Assembly (NCBI GenBank): GCA_964057225.1
Contig: OZ059900.1
Coordinates: forward strand, 14,570,001 to 14,634,000
Origin: Auanema rhodensis
Lineage: Eukaryota; Animalia; Nematoda
Direction of reading: 5' to 3'
Length of the DNA: 64,000 bases
Positions 50,493 to 63,239 of the stretch are shown here, one piece after another (within the stretch, counting starts at the first letter, position 1; every line of letters begins with the position of its first letter). The notes below the pieces were generated by a model. That model was given only the letters and a program-made list of their open reading frames with translations. It did no database searches and was not told the origin of the DNA. Both the position numbers and the translations under genes were made by a program.

Positions 50493-50859
50493 AATGTTTT
50501 TGTTCTGATTCATCGTTATTGAATGTTATGCTATTTTTGTTTTCTTCAAAAAGTCGGATAAAAACGATAATTATTACAAAAAAGATTGTTTTAAACTTTC
50601 TGTTTTTTCAAAAGTGATTTGAGCTTGTGTTTTTTTTCTAAATTGTTAAACATTTCCATTTAATTTAAATGTTCTATCTCAATTACGATGAAAAAAAATG
50701 GAACGTCAGCGTTAATCAATTGTTCATTGTAACACCAAACTTCATTTAGCTCTTTGATTAAAGTAGGCCATGAATCAAGATATGTTAGAGACAGTATTTC
50801 ATTTTTCTACTTTAATTCAAACTCACACTCTTAATGAAAGTTTCTAAGTGCGAATTCAA

Positions 50860-50931
50860 TCCTCGGTAGTATTGTGGTGAGTATCCGCGTCTGTCACATG
50901 CGAGACCCGGGTTCAATTCCCGGCCGGGGAG
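50860..50931 (+). tRNA. tRNA-Asp(GTC), A14T variant
   Basis: GTATTGTGG, conserved A14 lost. Confidence 0.8.
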
Positions 50932-51297
50932 AATGTTTTTGTTCTGATTCATCGTTATTGAATGTTATGCTATTTTTGTTTTCTTCCAAAAGTCGAATTA
51001 AAAAGATAATTATTAGAAAAAAGATTGTTTTAAACTTTCTGCTTTTTCAAAAGTGATTTGAGCTTGTGATTTTTTTTAAATTCTTAAACATTTCCATTTA
51101 ATTTAAATGTTCTATCTCAATTACGATGAAAAAAATTGAAACGTCAGCGTTAATCAAATGTTCATTCTAACACCAAACTTCAATTAGCTCTTTGAGTAAA
51201 GTAGGCCATAAATCAAGATATGTTAGAGACAGTGTTTCATTTTTCTACTTTAATTCAAACTCACACTCTTAATGAAAGTTTCTAAGTGCAAATTCAA

Positions 51298-51369
51298 TCC
51301 TCGGTAGTATAGTGGTGAGTATCCGCGTCTGTCACATGCGAGACCCGGGTTCAATTCCCGGCCGGGGAG
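51298..51369 (+). tRNA. tRNA-Asp(GTC)
   Basis: consensus copy. Confidence 0.95.
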
Positions 51370-51736
51370 AATGTTTTTGTTCTGATTCATCGTTATTGAA
51401 TGTTATGCTATTTTTGTTTTCTTCAAAAAGTCGGATAAAAACGATAATTATTAGAAAAAAGATTGTTTTAAACTTTCTGTTTTTTCAAAAGTGATTTGAG
51501 CTTGTGTTTTTTTTCTAAATTGTTAAACATTTCCATTTAATTTAAATGTTCTATCTCAATTACGATGAAAAAAAATGGAACGTCAGCGTTAATCAATTGT
51601 TCATTGTAACACCAAACTTCATTTAGCTCTTTGATTAAAGTAGGCCATGAATCAAGATATGTTAGAGACAGTATTTCATTTTTCTACTTTAATTCAAACT
51701 CACACTCTTAATGAAAGTTTCTAAGTGCGAATTTAA

Positions 51737-51808
51737 TCCTCGGTAGTATTGTGGTGAGTATCCGCGTCTGTCACATGCGAGACCCGGGTTCAATTCCCGG
51801 CCGGGGAG
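51737..51808 (+). tRNA. tRNA-Asp(GTC), A14T variant
   Basis: GTATTGTGG. Confidence 0.8.
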
Positions 51809-52174
51809 AATGTTTTTGTTCTGATTCATCGTTATTGAATGTTATGCTATTTTTGTTTTCTTCAAAAAGTCGGATAAAAACGATAATTATTAGAAAAAAG
51901 ATTGTTTTAAACTTTCTGCTTTTTCAAAAGTGATTTGAGCTTGTGATTTTTTTAAAATTTTCGAACATTTCTATTTAATTTAAGTGTTCTATCTTAATTA
52001 CGATGAAAAAAATTGATACGTCAGCGTTTATCAATCGTTAATTGTAACACCAAACTTCAATTAGCTCTTTGAGTAAAGTAGGCCATAAATCAAGATATGT
52101 TAGAGACAGTGTTTCATTTTTCTACTTTAATTCAAACTCACACTCTTAATGAAAGTTTCTGAGTGCAAATTCAA

Positions 52175-52246
52175 TCCTCGGTAGTATAGTGGTGAGTATC
52201 CGCGTCTGTCACATGCGAGACCCGGGTTCAATTCCCGGCCGGGGAG
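52175..52246 (+). tRNA. tRNA-Asp(GTC)
   Basis: consensus copy. Confidence 0.95.
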
Positions 52247-52618
52247 AATGTTTTTGTTCTGATTCATCGTTATTGAATGTTATGCTATTTTTGTTTTCTT
52301 CCAAAAGTCGGATAAAAAAGATAATTATTAGAAAAAAGGTTGTTTTATTTTAAACTTTCTGTTTTTTCAAAAGTGATTTGAGCTTGTGTTTTTTTTCTAA
52401 ATTGTTAAACATTTCCATTTAATTTAAATGTTCTATCTAAATTACGATGAAAAAAAATGGAACGTCAGCGTTAATCAATTGTTCATTGTAACACCAAACT
52501 TCAATTAGCTCTTTGATTAAAGTAGGCCATAAATCAAGATATGTTAGAGACAGTGTTTCATTTTTCTACTTTAATTCAAACTCACACTCTTAATGAAAGT
52601 TTCTAAGTGCAAATTCAA

Positions 52619-52690
52619 TCCTCGGTAGTATAGTGGTGAGTATCCGCGTCTGTCACATGCGAGACCCGGGTTCAATTCCCGGCCGGGGAG
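52619..52690 (+). tRNA. tRNA-Asp(GTC)
   Basis: consensus copy. Confidence 0.95.
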
Positions 52691-53057
52691 AATGTTTTTG
52701 TTCTGATTCATCGTTATTGAATGTTATGCTATTTTTGTTTTCTTCAAAAAGTCGGATAAAAACGATAATTATTAGAAAAAAGATTGTTTTAAACTTTCTG
52801 TTTTTTCAAAAGTGATTTGAGCTTGTGTTTTTTTTCTAAATTGTTAAACATTTCCATTTAATTTAAATGTTCTATCTCAATTACGATGAAAAAAAATGGA
52901 ACGTCAGCGTTAATCAATTGTTCATTGTAACACCAAACTTCATTTAGCTCTTTGATTAAAGTAGGCCATGAATCAAGATATGTTAGAGACAGTATTTCAT
53001 TTTTCTACTTTAATTCAAACTCACACTCTTAATGAAAGTTTCTAAGTGCGAATTCAA

Positions 53058-53129
53058 TCCTCGGTAGTATTGTGGTGAGTATCCGCGTCTGTCACATGCG
53101 AGACCCGGGTTCAATTCCCGGCCGGGGAG
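53058..53129 (+). tRNA. tRNA-Asp(GTC), A14T variant
   Basis: GTATTGTGG. Confidence 0.8.
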
Positions 53130-53495
53130 AATGTTTTTGTTCTGATTCATCGTTATTGAATGTTATGCTATTTTTGTTTTCTTCAAAAAGTCGGATAAAA
53201 ACGATAATTATTAGAAAAAAGATTGTTTTAAACTTTCTGCTTTTTCAAAAGTGATTTGAGCTTGTGATTTTTTTAAAATTTTCAAACATTTCTATTTAAT
53301 TTAAGTGTTCTATCTTAATTACGATGAAAAAAATTGATACGTCAGCGTTTATCAATCGTTAATTGTAACACCAAACTTCAATTAGCTCTTTGAGTAAAGT
53401 AGGCCATAAATCAAGATATGTTAGAGACAGTGTTTCATTTTTCTACTTTAATTCAAACTCACACTCTTAATGAAAGTTTCTAAGTGCAAATTCAA

Positions 53496-53567
53496 TCCTC
53501 GGTAGTATAGTGGTGAGTATCCGCGTCTGTCACATGCGAGACCCGGGTTCAATTCCCGGCCGGGGAG
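53496..53567 (+). tRNA. tRNA-Asp(GTC)
   Basis: consensus copy. Confidence 0.95.
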
Positions 53568-53934
53568 AATGTTTTTGTTCTGATTCATCGTTATTGAATG
53601 TTATGCTATTTTTGTTTTCTTCAAAAAGTCGGATAAAAACGATAATTATTAGAAAAAAGATTGTTTTAAACTTTCTGCTTTTTCAAAAGTGATTTGAGCT
53701 TGTGATTTTTTTTTAAATTTTCAAACATTTCTATTTAATTTAAGTGTTCTATCTTAATTACGATGAAAAAAATTGATACGTCAGCGTTTATCAATCGTTA
53801 ATTGTAACACCAAACTTCAATTAGCTCTTTGAGTAAAGTAGGCCATAAATCAAGATATGTTAGAGACAGTGTTTCATTTTTCTACTTTAATTCAAACTCA
53901 CACTCTTAATGAAAGTTTCTGAGTGCAAATTCAA

Positions 53935-54006
53935 TCCTCGGTAGTATAGTGGTGAGTATCCGCGTCTGTCACATGCGAGACCCGGGTTCAATTCCCGGCC
54001 GGGGAG
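53935..54006 (+). tRNA. tRNA-Asp(GTC)
   Basis: consensus copy. Confidence 0.95.
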
Positions 54007-54378
54007 AATGTTTTTGTTCTGATTCATCGTTATTGAATGTTATGTTATTTTTGTTTTCTTCCAAAAGTCGGATAAAAAAGATAATTATTAGAAAAAAGGT
54101 TGTTTTATTTTAAACTTTCTGTTTTTTCAAAAGTGATTTGAGCTTGTGTTTTTTTTCTAAATTGTTAAACATTTCCATTTAATTTAAATGTTCTATCTCA
54201 ATTACGATGAAAAAAAATGGAACGTCAGCGTTAATCAATTGTTCATTGTAACACCAAACTTCAATTAGCTCTTTGATTAAAGTAGGCCATAAATCAAGAT
54301 ATGTTAGAGACAGTGTTTCATTTTTCTACTTTAATTCAAACTCACACTCTTAATGAAAGTTTCTAAGTGCAAATTCAA

Positions 54379-54450
54379 TCCTCGGTAGTATAGTGGTGAG
54401 TATCCGCGTCTGTCACATGCGAGACCCGGGTTCAATTCCCGGCCGGGGAG
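54379..54450 (+). tRNA. tRNA-Asp(GTC)
   Basis: consensus copy. Confidence 0.95.
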
Positions 54451-54817
54451 AATGTTTTTGTTCTGATTCATCGTTATTGAATGTTATGCTATTTTTGTTT
54501 TCTTCAAAAAGTCGGATAAAAACGATAATTATTAGAAAAAAGATTGTTTTAAACTTTCTGTTTTTTCAAAAGTGATTTGAGCTTGTGTTTTTTTTCTAAA
54601 TTGTTGAACATTTCCATTTAATTTAAATGTTCTATCTCAATTACGATGAAAAAAAATGGAACGTCAGCGTTAATCAATTGTTCATTGTAACACCAAACTT
54701 CAATTAGCTCTTTGATTAAAGTAGGCCATGAATCAAGATATGTTAGAGACAGTGTTTCATTTTTCTACTTTAATTCAAACTCACACTCTTAATGAAAGTT
54801 TCTAAGTGCGAATTCAA

Positions 54818-54889
54818 TCCTCGGTAGTATTGTGGTGAGTATCCGCGTCTGTCACATGCGAGACCCGGGTTCAATTCCCGGCCGGGGAG
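54818..54889 (+). tRNA. tRNA-Asp(GTC), A14T variant
   Basis: GTATTGTGG. Confidence 0.8.
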
Positions 54890-55256
54890 AATGTTTTTGT
54901 TCTGATTCATCGTTATTGAATGTTATGCTATTTTTGTTTTCTTCAAAAAGTCGGATAAAAACGATAATTATTAGAAAAAAGATTGTTTTAAACTTTCTGC
55001 TTTTTCAAAAGTGTTTTGAGCTTGTGTTTTTTTTCTAAATTGTTAAACATTTCTATTTAATTTAAGTGTTCTATATTAATTACGATGAAAAAAATTGAAA
55101 CGTCAGCGTTAATCAATTGTTCATTGTAACACCAAACTTCAATTAGCTCTTTGTGTAAAGTAGGCCATAAAACAAGATATGTTAGAGACAGTGTTTCATT
55201 TTTCTACTTTAATTCAAACTCACACTCTTAATGAAAGTTTCTAAGTGCAACTTCAA

Positions 55257-55328
55257 TCCTCGGTAGTATAGTGGTGAGTATCCGCGTCTGTCACATGCGA
55301 GACCCGGGTTCAATTCCCGGCCGGGGAG
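55257..55328 (+). tRNA. tRNA-Asp(GTC)
   Basis: consensus copy. Confidence 0.95.
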
Positions 55329-55700
55329 AATGTTTTTGTTCTGATTCATCGTTATTGAATGTTATGCTATTTTTGTTTTCTTCCAAAAGTCGGATAAAAA
55401 AGATAATTATTAGAAAAAAGGTTGTTTTATTTTAAACTTTCTGTTTTTTCAAAAGTGATTTGAGCTTGTGTTTTTTTTCTAAATTGTTAAACATTTCCAT
55501 TTAATTTAAGTGTTCTATCTTAATTACGATGAAAAAAATTGATACGTCAGCGTTTATCAATCGTTAATTGTAACACCAAACTTCAATTAGCTCTTTGAGT
55601 AAAGTAGGCCATAAATCAAGATATGTTAGAGACAGTGTTTCATTTTTCTACTTTAATTCAAACTCACACTCTTAATGAAAGTTTCTGAGTGCAAATTCAA

Positions 55701-55772
55701 TCCTCGGTAGTATAGTGGTGAGTATCCGCGTCTGTCACATGCGAGACCCGGGTTCAATTCCCGGCCGGGGAG
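55701..55772 (+). tRNA. tRNA-Asp(GTC)
   Basis: consensus copy. Confidence 0.95.
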
Positions 55773-56139
55773 AATGTTTTTGTTCTGATTCATCGTTATT
55801 GAATGTTATGCTATTTTTGTTTTCTTCAAAAAGTCGGATAAAAACGATAATTATTAGAAAAAAGATTGTTTTAAACTTTCTTTTTTTTTAAAAGTGATTT
55901 GAGCTTGTGTTTTTTTTCTAAATTGTTAAACATTTCCATTTAATTTAAATGTTCTATCTCAATTACGATGAAAAAAAATGGAACGTCAGCGTTAATCAAT
56001 TGTTCATTGTAACACCAAACTTCAATTAGCTCTTTGATTAAAGTAGGCCATGAATCAAGATATGTTAGAGACAGTGTTTCATTTTTCTACTTTAATTCAA
56101 ACTCACACTCTTAATGAAAGTTTCTAAGTGCGAATTCAA

Positions 56140-56211
56140 TCCTCGGTAGTATTGTGGTGAGTATCCGCGTCTGTCACATGCAAGACCCGGGTTCAATTCC
56201 CGGCCGGGGAG
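56140..56211 (+). tRNA. tRNA-Asp(GTC), A14T+G43A variant, possible pseudogene
   Basis: A14 lost and C27-A43 mismatch. Confidence 0.75.
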
Positions 56212-56583
56212 AATGTTTTTGTTCTGATTCATCGTTATTGAATGTTATGCTATTTTTGTTTTCTTCCAAAAGTCGGATAAAAAAGATAATTATTAGAAAA
56301 AAGGTTGTTTTATTTTAAACTTTCTGTTTTTTCAAATGTGATTTGAGCTTGTGTTTTTTTTCTAAATTGTTAAACATTTCCATTTAATTTAAATGTTCTA
56401 TCTCAATTACGATGAAAAAAAATGGAACGTCAGCGTTAATCAATTGTTCATTGTAACACCAAACTTCAATTAGCTCTTTGATTAAAGTAGGCCATAAATC
56501 AAGATATGTTAGAGACAGTGTTTCATTTTTCTACTTTAATTCAAACTCACACTCTTAATGAAAGTTTCTAAGTGCAAATTCAA

Positions 56584-56655
56584 TCCTCGGTAGTATAGTG
56601 GTGAGTATCCGCGTCTGTCACATGCGAGACCCGGGTTCAATTCCCGGCCGGGGAG
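56584..56655 (+). tRNA. tRNA-Asp(GTC)
   Basis: consensus copy. Confidence 0.95.
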
Positions 56656-57027
56656 AATGTTTTTGTTCTGATTCATCGTTATTGAATGTTATGCTATTTT
56701 TGTTTTCTTCAAAAAGTCGGATAAAAACGATAATTATTAGAAAAAAGATTGTTTTATTTTAAACTTTCTGCTTTTTCAAAAGTGATTTGAGCTTGTGATT
56801 TTTTTTTAAATTTTCAAACATTTCTATTTAATTTAAGTGTTCTATCTTAATTACGATGAAAAAAAATGGAACGTCAGCGTTAATCAATTGTTCATTGTAA
56901 CACCAAACTTCAATTAGCTCTTTGATTAAAGTAGGCCATGAATTAAGATATGTTAGAGACAGTGTTTCATTTTTCTACTTTAATTCAAACTCACACTCTT
57001 AATGAAAGTTTCTAAGTGCAAATTCAA

Positions 57028-57099
57028 TCCTCGGTAGTATAGTGGTGAGTATCCGCGTCTGTCACATGCGAGACCCGGGTTCAATTCCCGGCCGGGGAG
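57028..57099 (+). tRNA. tRNA-Asp(GTC)
   Basis: consensus copy. Confidence 0.95.
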
Positions 57100-57466
57100 A
57101 ATGTTTTTGTTCTGATTCATCGTTATTGAATGTTATGCTATTTTTGTTTTCTTCAAAAAGTCGGATAAAAACGATAATTATTAGAAAAAAGATTGTTTTA
57201 AACTTTCTGTTTTTTCAAAAGTGATTTGAGCTTGTGATTTTTTTTTAAATTTTCAAACATTTCTATTTAATTTAAATGTTCTGACTCAATTACGATGAAA
57301 AAAATTGAAACGTCAGCGTTAATCAATTGTTCATTGTAACACCAAACTTCAATTAGCTCTTTGTGTAAAGTAGGCCATAAAACAAGATATGTTAGAGACA
57401 GTGTTTCATTTTTCTACTTTAATTCAAACTCACACTCTTAATGAAAGTTTCTAAGTGCAAATTCAA

Positions 57467-57538
57467 TCTTCGGTAGTATAGTGGTGAGTATCCGCGTCTG
57501 TCACATGCGAGACCCGGGTTCAATTCCCGGCCGGGGAG
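57467..57538 (+). tRNA. tRNA-Asp(GTC), C3T variant
   Basis: TCTTCGG, U-G wobble. Confidence 0.9.
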
Positions 57539-57904
57539 AATGTTTTTGTTCTGATTCATCATTATTGAATGTTATGCTATTTTTGTTTTCTTCAAAAAGT
57601 CGGATAAAGACGATAATTATTAGAAAAAAGATTGTTTTAAACTTTCTGCTTTTTCAAAAGTGGTTTGAGCTTGTGATTTTTTTTAAATTTTCAAACATTT
57701 CTATTTAATTTAAGTGTTCTATCTTAATTACGATGAAAAAAATTGATACGTCAACGTTTATCAATCGTTAATTGTAACACCAAACTTCAATTAGCTCTTT
57801 GAGTAAAGTAGGCCATAAATCAAGATATGTTAGAGACAGTGTTTCATTTTTCTACTTTAATTCAAACTCACACTCTTAATGAAAGTTTCTAAGTGCAAAT
57901 TCAA

Positions 57905-57976
57905 TCCTCGGTAGTATAGTGGTGAGTATCCGCGTCTGTCACATGCGAGACCCGGGATCAATTCCCGGCCGGGGAG
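57905..57976 (+). tRNA. tRNA-Asp(GTC), T53A (standard T54A) variant
   Basis: GGGATCAATT. Confidence 0.85.
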
Positions 57977-58341
57977 AATGTTTTTGTTCTGATTCATCGT
58001 TATTGAATGTTATGCTATTTTTGTTTTCTTCAAAAAGTCGGATAAAAACGATAATTATTAGAAAAAAGATTGTTTTAAACTTTCTGCTTTTTCAAAAGTG
58101 ATTTGAGCTTGTGATTTTTTTTAAATTTTCAAACATTTCTATTTAATTTAAGTGTTCTATCTTAATTACGATGAAAAAATTGATACGTCAGCGTTTATCA
58201 ATCGTTAATTGTAACACCAAACTTCAATTAGCTCTTTGAGTAAAGTAGGCCATAAATCAAGATATGTTAGAGACAGTGTTTCATTTTTCTACTTTAATTC
58301 AAACTCACACTCTTAATGAAAGTTTCTAAGTGCAAATTCAA

Positions 58342-58413
58342 TCCTCGGTAGTATAGTGGTGAGTATCCGCGTCTGTCACATGCGAGACCCGGGTTCAATT
58401 CCCGGCCGGGGAG
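58342..58413 (+). tRNA. tRNA-Asp(GTC)
   Basis: consensus copy. Confidence 0.95.
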
Positions 58414-58780
58414 AATGTTTTTGTTCTGATTCATCGTTATTGAATGTTATGCTATTTTTGTTTTCTTCAAAAAGTCGGATAAAAACGATAATTATTAGAA
58501 AAAAGATTGTTTTAAACTTTCTGCTTTTTCAAAAGTGATTTGAGCTTGTGATTTTTTTTTAAATTTTCAAACATTTCTATTTAATTTAAGTGTTCTATCT
58601 TAATTACGATGAAAAAAATTGATACGTCAGCGTTTATCAATCGTTAATTGTAACACCAAACTTCAATTAGCTCTTTGAGTAAAGTAGGCCATAAATCAAG
58701 ATATGTTAGAGACAGTGTTTCATTTTTCTACTTTAATTCAAACTCACACTCTTAATGAAAGTTTCTAAGTGCAAATTCAA

Positions 58781-58852
58781 TCCTCGGTAGTATAGTGGTG
58801 AGTATCCGCGTCTGTCACATGCGAGACCCGGGTTCAATTCCCGGCCGGGGAG
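58781..58852 (+). tRNA. tRNA-Asp(GTC)
   Basis: consensus copy. Confidence 0.95.
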
Positions 58853-59219
58853 AATGTTTTTGTTCTGATTCATCGTTATTGAATGTTATGCTATTTTTGT
58901 TTTCTTCAAAAAGTCGGATAAAGACGATAATTATTAGAAAAAAGATTGTTTTAAACTTTCTGCTTTTTCAAAAGTGATTTGAGCTTGTGATTTTTTTTTA
59001 AATTTTCAAACATTTCTATTTAATTTAAGTGTTCTATCTTAATTACGATGAAAAAAAATGGAACGTCAGCGTTAATCAATTGTTCATTGTAACACCAAAC
59101 TTCAATTAGCTCTTTGATTAAAGTAGGCCATGAATCAAGATATGTTAGAGACAGTGTTTCATTTTTCTACTTTAATTCAAACTCACACTCTTAATGAAAG
59201 TTTCTAAGTGCAAATTCAA

Positions 59220-59291
59220 TCCTCGGTAGTATAGTGGTGAGTATCCGCGTCTGTCACATGCGAGACCCGGGTTCAATTCCCGGCCGGGGAG
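59220..59291 (+). tRNA. tRNA-Asp(GTC)
   Basis: consensus copy. Confidence 0.95.
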
Positions 59292-59658
59292 AATGTTTTT
59301 GTTCTGATTCATCGTTATTGAATGTTATGCTATTTTTGTTTTCTTCAAAAAGTCGGATAAAAACGATAATTATTAGAAAAAAGATTGTTTTAAACTTTCT
59401 GTTTTTTCAAAAGTGATTTGATCTTGTGATTTTTTTTTAAATTTTCAAACATTTCTATTTAATTTAAATGTTCTGACTCAATTACGATGAAAAAAATTGA
59501 AACGTCAGCGTTAATCAATTGTTCATTGTAACACCAAACTTCAATTAGCTCTTTGTGTAAAGTAGGCCATAAAACAAGATATGTTAGAGACAGTGTTTCA
59601 TTTTTCTACTTTAATTCAAACTCACACTCTTAATGAAAGTTTCTAAGTGCAAATTCAA

Positions 59659-59730
59659 TCTTCGGTAGTATAGTGGTGAGTATCCGCGTCTGTCACATGC
59701 GAGACCCGGGTTCAATTCCCGGCCGGGGAG
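59659..59730 (+). tRNA. tRNA-Asp(GTC), C3T variant
   Basis: TCTTCGG. Confidence 0.9.
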
Positions 59731-60096
59731 AATGTTTTTGTTCTGATTCATCATTATTGAATGTTATGCTATTTTTGTTTTCTTCAAAAAGTCGGATAAA
59801 GACGATAATTATTAGAAAAAAGATTGTTTTAAACTTTCTGCTTTTTCAAAAGTGGTTTGAGCTTGTGATTTTTTTTAAATTTTCAAACATTTCTATTTAA
59901 TTTAAGTGTTCTATCTTAATTACGATGAAAAAAATTGATACGTCAACGTTTATCAATCGTTAATTGTAACACCAAACTTCAATTAGCTCTTTGAGTAAAG
60001 TAGGCCATAAATCAAGATATGTTAGAGACAGTGTTTCATTTTTCTACTTTAATTCAAACTCACACTCTTAATGAAAGTTTCTAAGTGCAAATTCAA

Positions 60097-60168
60097 TCCT
60101 CGGTAGTATAGTGGTGAGTATCCGCGTCTGTCACATGCGAGACCCGGGATCAATTCCCGGCCGGGGAG
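60097..60168 (+). tRNA. tRNA-Asp(GTC), T53A (standard T54A) variant
   Basis: GGGATCAATT. Confidence 0.85.
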
Positions 60169-60533
60169 AATGTTTTTGTTCTGATTCATCGTTATTGAAT
60201 GTTATGCTATTTTTGTTTTCTTCAAAAAGTCGGATAAAAACGATAATTATTAGAAAAAAGATTGTTTTAAACTTTCTGCTTTTTCAAAAGTGATTTGAGC
60301 TTGTGATTTTTTTTAAATTTTCAAACATTTCTATTTAATTTAAGTGTTCTATCTTAATTACGATGAAAAAATTGATACGTCAGCGTTTATCAATCGTTAA
60401 TTGTAACACCAAACTTCAATTAGCTCTTTGAGTAAAGTAGGCCATAAATCAAGATATGTTAGAGACAGTGTTTCATTTTTCTACTTTAATTCAAACTCAC
60501 ACTCTTAATGAAAGTTTCTAAGTGCAAATTCAA

Positions 60534-60605
60534 TCCTCGGTAGTATAGTGGTGAGTATCCGCGTCTGTCACATGCGAGACCCGGGTTCAATTCCCGGCCG
60601 GGGAG
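60534..60605 (+). tRNA. tRNA-Asp(GTC)
   Basis: consensus copy. Confidence 0.95.
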
Positions 60606-60972
60606 AATGTTTTTGTTCTGATTCATCGTTATTGAATGTTATGCTATTTTTGTTTTCTTCAAAAAGTCGGATAAAAACGATAATTATTAGAAAAAAGATT
60701 GTTTTAAACTTTCTGCTTTTTCAAAAGTGATTTGAGCTTGTGATTTTTTTTTAAATTTTCAAACATTTCTATTTAATTTAAGTGTTCTATCTTAATTACG
60801 ATGAAAAAAATTGATACGTCAGCGTTTATCAATCGTTAATTGTAACACCAAACTTCAATTAGCTCTTTGAGTAAAGTAGGCCATAAATCAAGATATGTTA
60901 GAGACAGTGTTTCATTTTTCTACTTTAATTCAAACTCACACTCTTAATGAAAGTTTCTAAGTGCAAATTCAA

Positions 60973-61044
60973 TCCTCGGTAGTATAGTGGTGAGTATCCG
61001 CGTCTGTCACATGCGAGACCCGGGTTCAATTCCCGGCCGGGGAG
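60973..61044 (+). tRNA. tRNA-Asp(GTC)
   Basis: consensus copy. Confidence 0.95.
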
Positions 61045-61411
61045 AATGTTTTTGTTCTGATTCATCGTTATTGAATGTTATGCTATTTTTGTTTTCTTCA
61101 AAAAGTCGGATAAAGACGATAATTATTAGAAAAAAGATTGTTTTAAACTTTCTGCTTTTTCAAAAGTGATTTGAGCTTGTGATTTTTTTTTAAATTTTCA
61201 AACATTTCTATTTAATTTAAGTGTTCTATCTTAATTACGATGAAAAAAAATGGAACGTCAGCGTTAATCAATTGTTCATTGTAACACCAAACTTCAATTA
61301 GCTCTTTGATTAAAGTAGGCCATGAATCAAGATATGTTAGAGACAGTGTTTCATTTTTCTACTTTAATTCAAACTCACACTCTTAATGAAAGTTTCTAAG
61401 TGCAAATTCAA

Positions 61412-61483
61412 TCCTCGGTAGTATAGTGGTGAGTATCCGCGTCTGTCACATGCGAGACCCGGGTTCAATTCCCGGCCGGGGAG
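61412..61483 (+). tRNA. tRNA-Asp(GTC)
   Basis: consensus copy. Confidence 0.95.
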
Positions 61484-61850
61484 AATGTTTTTGTTCTGAT
61501 TCATCGTTATTGAATGTTATGCTATTTTTGTTTTCTTCAAAAAGTCGGATAAAAACGATAATTATTAGAAAAAAGATTGTTTTAAACTTTCTGCTTTTTC
61601 AAAAGTGATTTGAGCTTGTGATTTTTTTTTAAATTTTCAAACATTTCTATTTAATTTAAGTGTTCTATCTTAATTACGATGAAAAAAATTGATACGTCAG
61701 CGTTTATCAATCGTTAATTGTAACACCAAACTTCAATTAGCTCTTTGAGTAAAGTAGGCCATAAATCAAGATATGTTAGAGACAGTGTTTCATTTTTCTA
61801 CTTTAATTCAAACTCACACTCTTAATGAAAGTTTCTAAGTGCAAATTCAA

Positions 61851-61922
61851 TCCTCGGTAGTATAGTGGTGAGTATCCGCGTCTGTCACATGCGAGACCCG
61901 GGTTCAATTCCCGGCCGGGGAG
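61851..61922 (+). tRNA. tRNA-Asp(GTC)
   Basis: consensus copy. Confidence 0.95.
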
Positions 61923-62289
61923 AATGTTTTTGTTCTGATTCATCGTTATTGAATGTTATGCTATTTTTGTTTTCTTCAAAAAGTCGGATAAAGACGATAA
62001 TTATTAGAAAAAAGATTGTTTTAAACTTTCTGCTTTTTCAAAAGTGATTTGAGCTTGTGATTTTTTTTAAAATTTTCAAACATTTCTATTTAATTTAAGT
62101 GTTCTATCTTAATTACGATGAAAAAAAATGGAACGTCAGCGTTAATCAATTGTTCATTGTAACACCAAACTTCAATTAGCTCTTTGATTAAAGTAGGCCA
62201 TGAATCAAGATATGTTAGAGACAGTGTTTCATTTTTCTACTTTAATTCAAACTCACACTCTTAATGAAAGTTTCTAAGTGCAAATTCAA

Positions 62290-62361
62290 TCCTCGGTAGT
62301 ATAGTGGTGAGTATCCGCGTCTGTCACATGCGAGACCCGGGTTCAATTCCCGGCCGGGGAG
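62290..62361 (+). tRNA. tRNA-Asp(GTC)
   Basis: consensus copy. Confidence 0.95.
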
Positions 62362-62728
62362 AATGTTTTTGTTCTGATTCATCGTTATTGAATGTTATGC
62401 TATTTTTGTTTTCTTCAAAAAGTCGGATGAAGACGATAATTATTAGAAAAAAGATTGTTTTAAACTTTCTGCTTTTTCAAAAGTGATTTGAGCTTGTGAT
62501 TTTTTTTTAAATTTTCAAACATTTCTATTTAATTTAAGTGTTCTATCTTAATTACGATGAAAAAAAATGGAACGTCAGCGTTAATCAATTGTTCATTGTA
62601 ACACCAAACTTCAATTAGCTCTTTGATTAAAGTAGGCCATGAATCAAGATATGTTAGAGACAGTGTTTCATTTTTCTACTTTAATTCAAACTCACACTCT
62701 TAATGAAAGTTTCTAAGTGCAAATTCAA

Positions 62729-62800
62729 TCCTCGGTAGTATAGTGGTGAGTATCCGCGTCTGTCACATGCGAGACCCGGGTTCAATTCCCGGCCGGGGAG
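62729..62800 (+). tRNA. tRNA-Asp(GTC)
   Basis: consensus copy. Confidence 0.95.
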
Positions 62801-63167
62801 AATGTTTTTGTTCTGATTCATCGTTATTGAATGTTATGCTATTTTTGTTTTCTTCAAAAAGTCGGATAAAGACGATAATTATTAGAAAAAAGATTGTTTT
62901 AAACTTTCTGCTTTTTCAAAAGTGATTTGAGCTTGTGATTTTTTTTTAAATTTTCAAACATTTCTATTTAATTTAAGTGTTCTATCTTAATTACGATGAA
63001 AAAAAATGGAACGTCAGCGTTAATCAATTGTTCATTGTAACACCAAACTTCAATTAGCTCTTTGATTAAAGTAGGCCATGAATCAAGATATGTTAGAGAC
63101 AGTGTTTCATTTTTCTACTTTAATTCAAACTCACACTCTTAATGAAAGTTTCTAAGTGCAAATTCAA

Positions 63168-63239
63168 TCCTCGGTAGTATAGTGGTGAGTATCCGCGTCT
63201 GTCACATGCGAGACCCGGGTTCAATTCCCGGCCGGGGAG
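63168..63239 (+). tRNA. tRNA-Asp(GTC)
   Basis: consensus copy. Confidence 0.95.

Larger units (their letters stand above)
57028..61411 (+). repeat. Higher-order duplication of 5 units, period 2192 bp
   Basis: C3T tRNA (57467/59659), T53A tRNA (57905/60097), CTGACTC and GTCAACG spacer markers repeat at 2192 bp. Confidence 0.9.
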
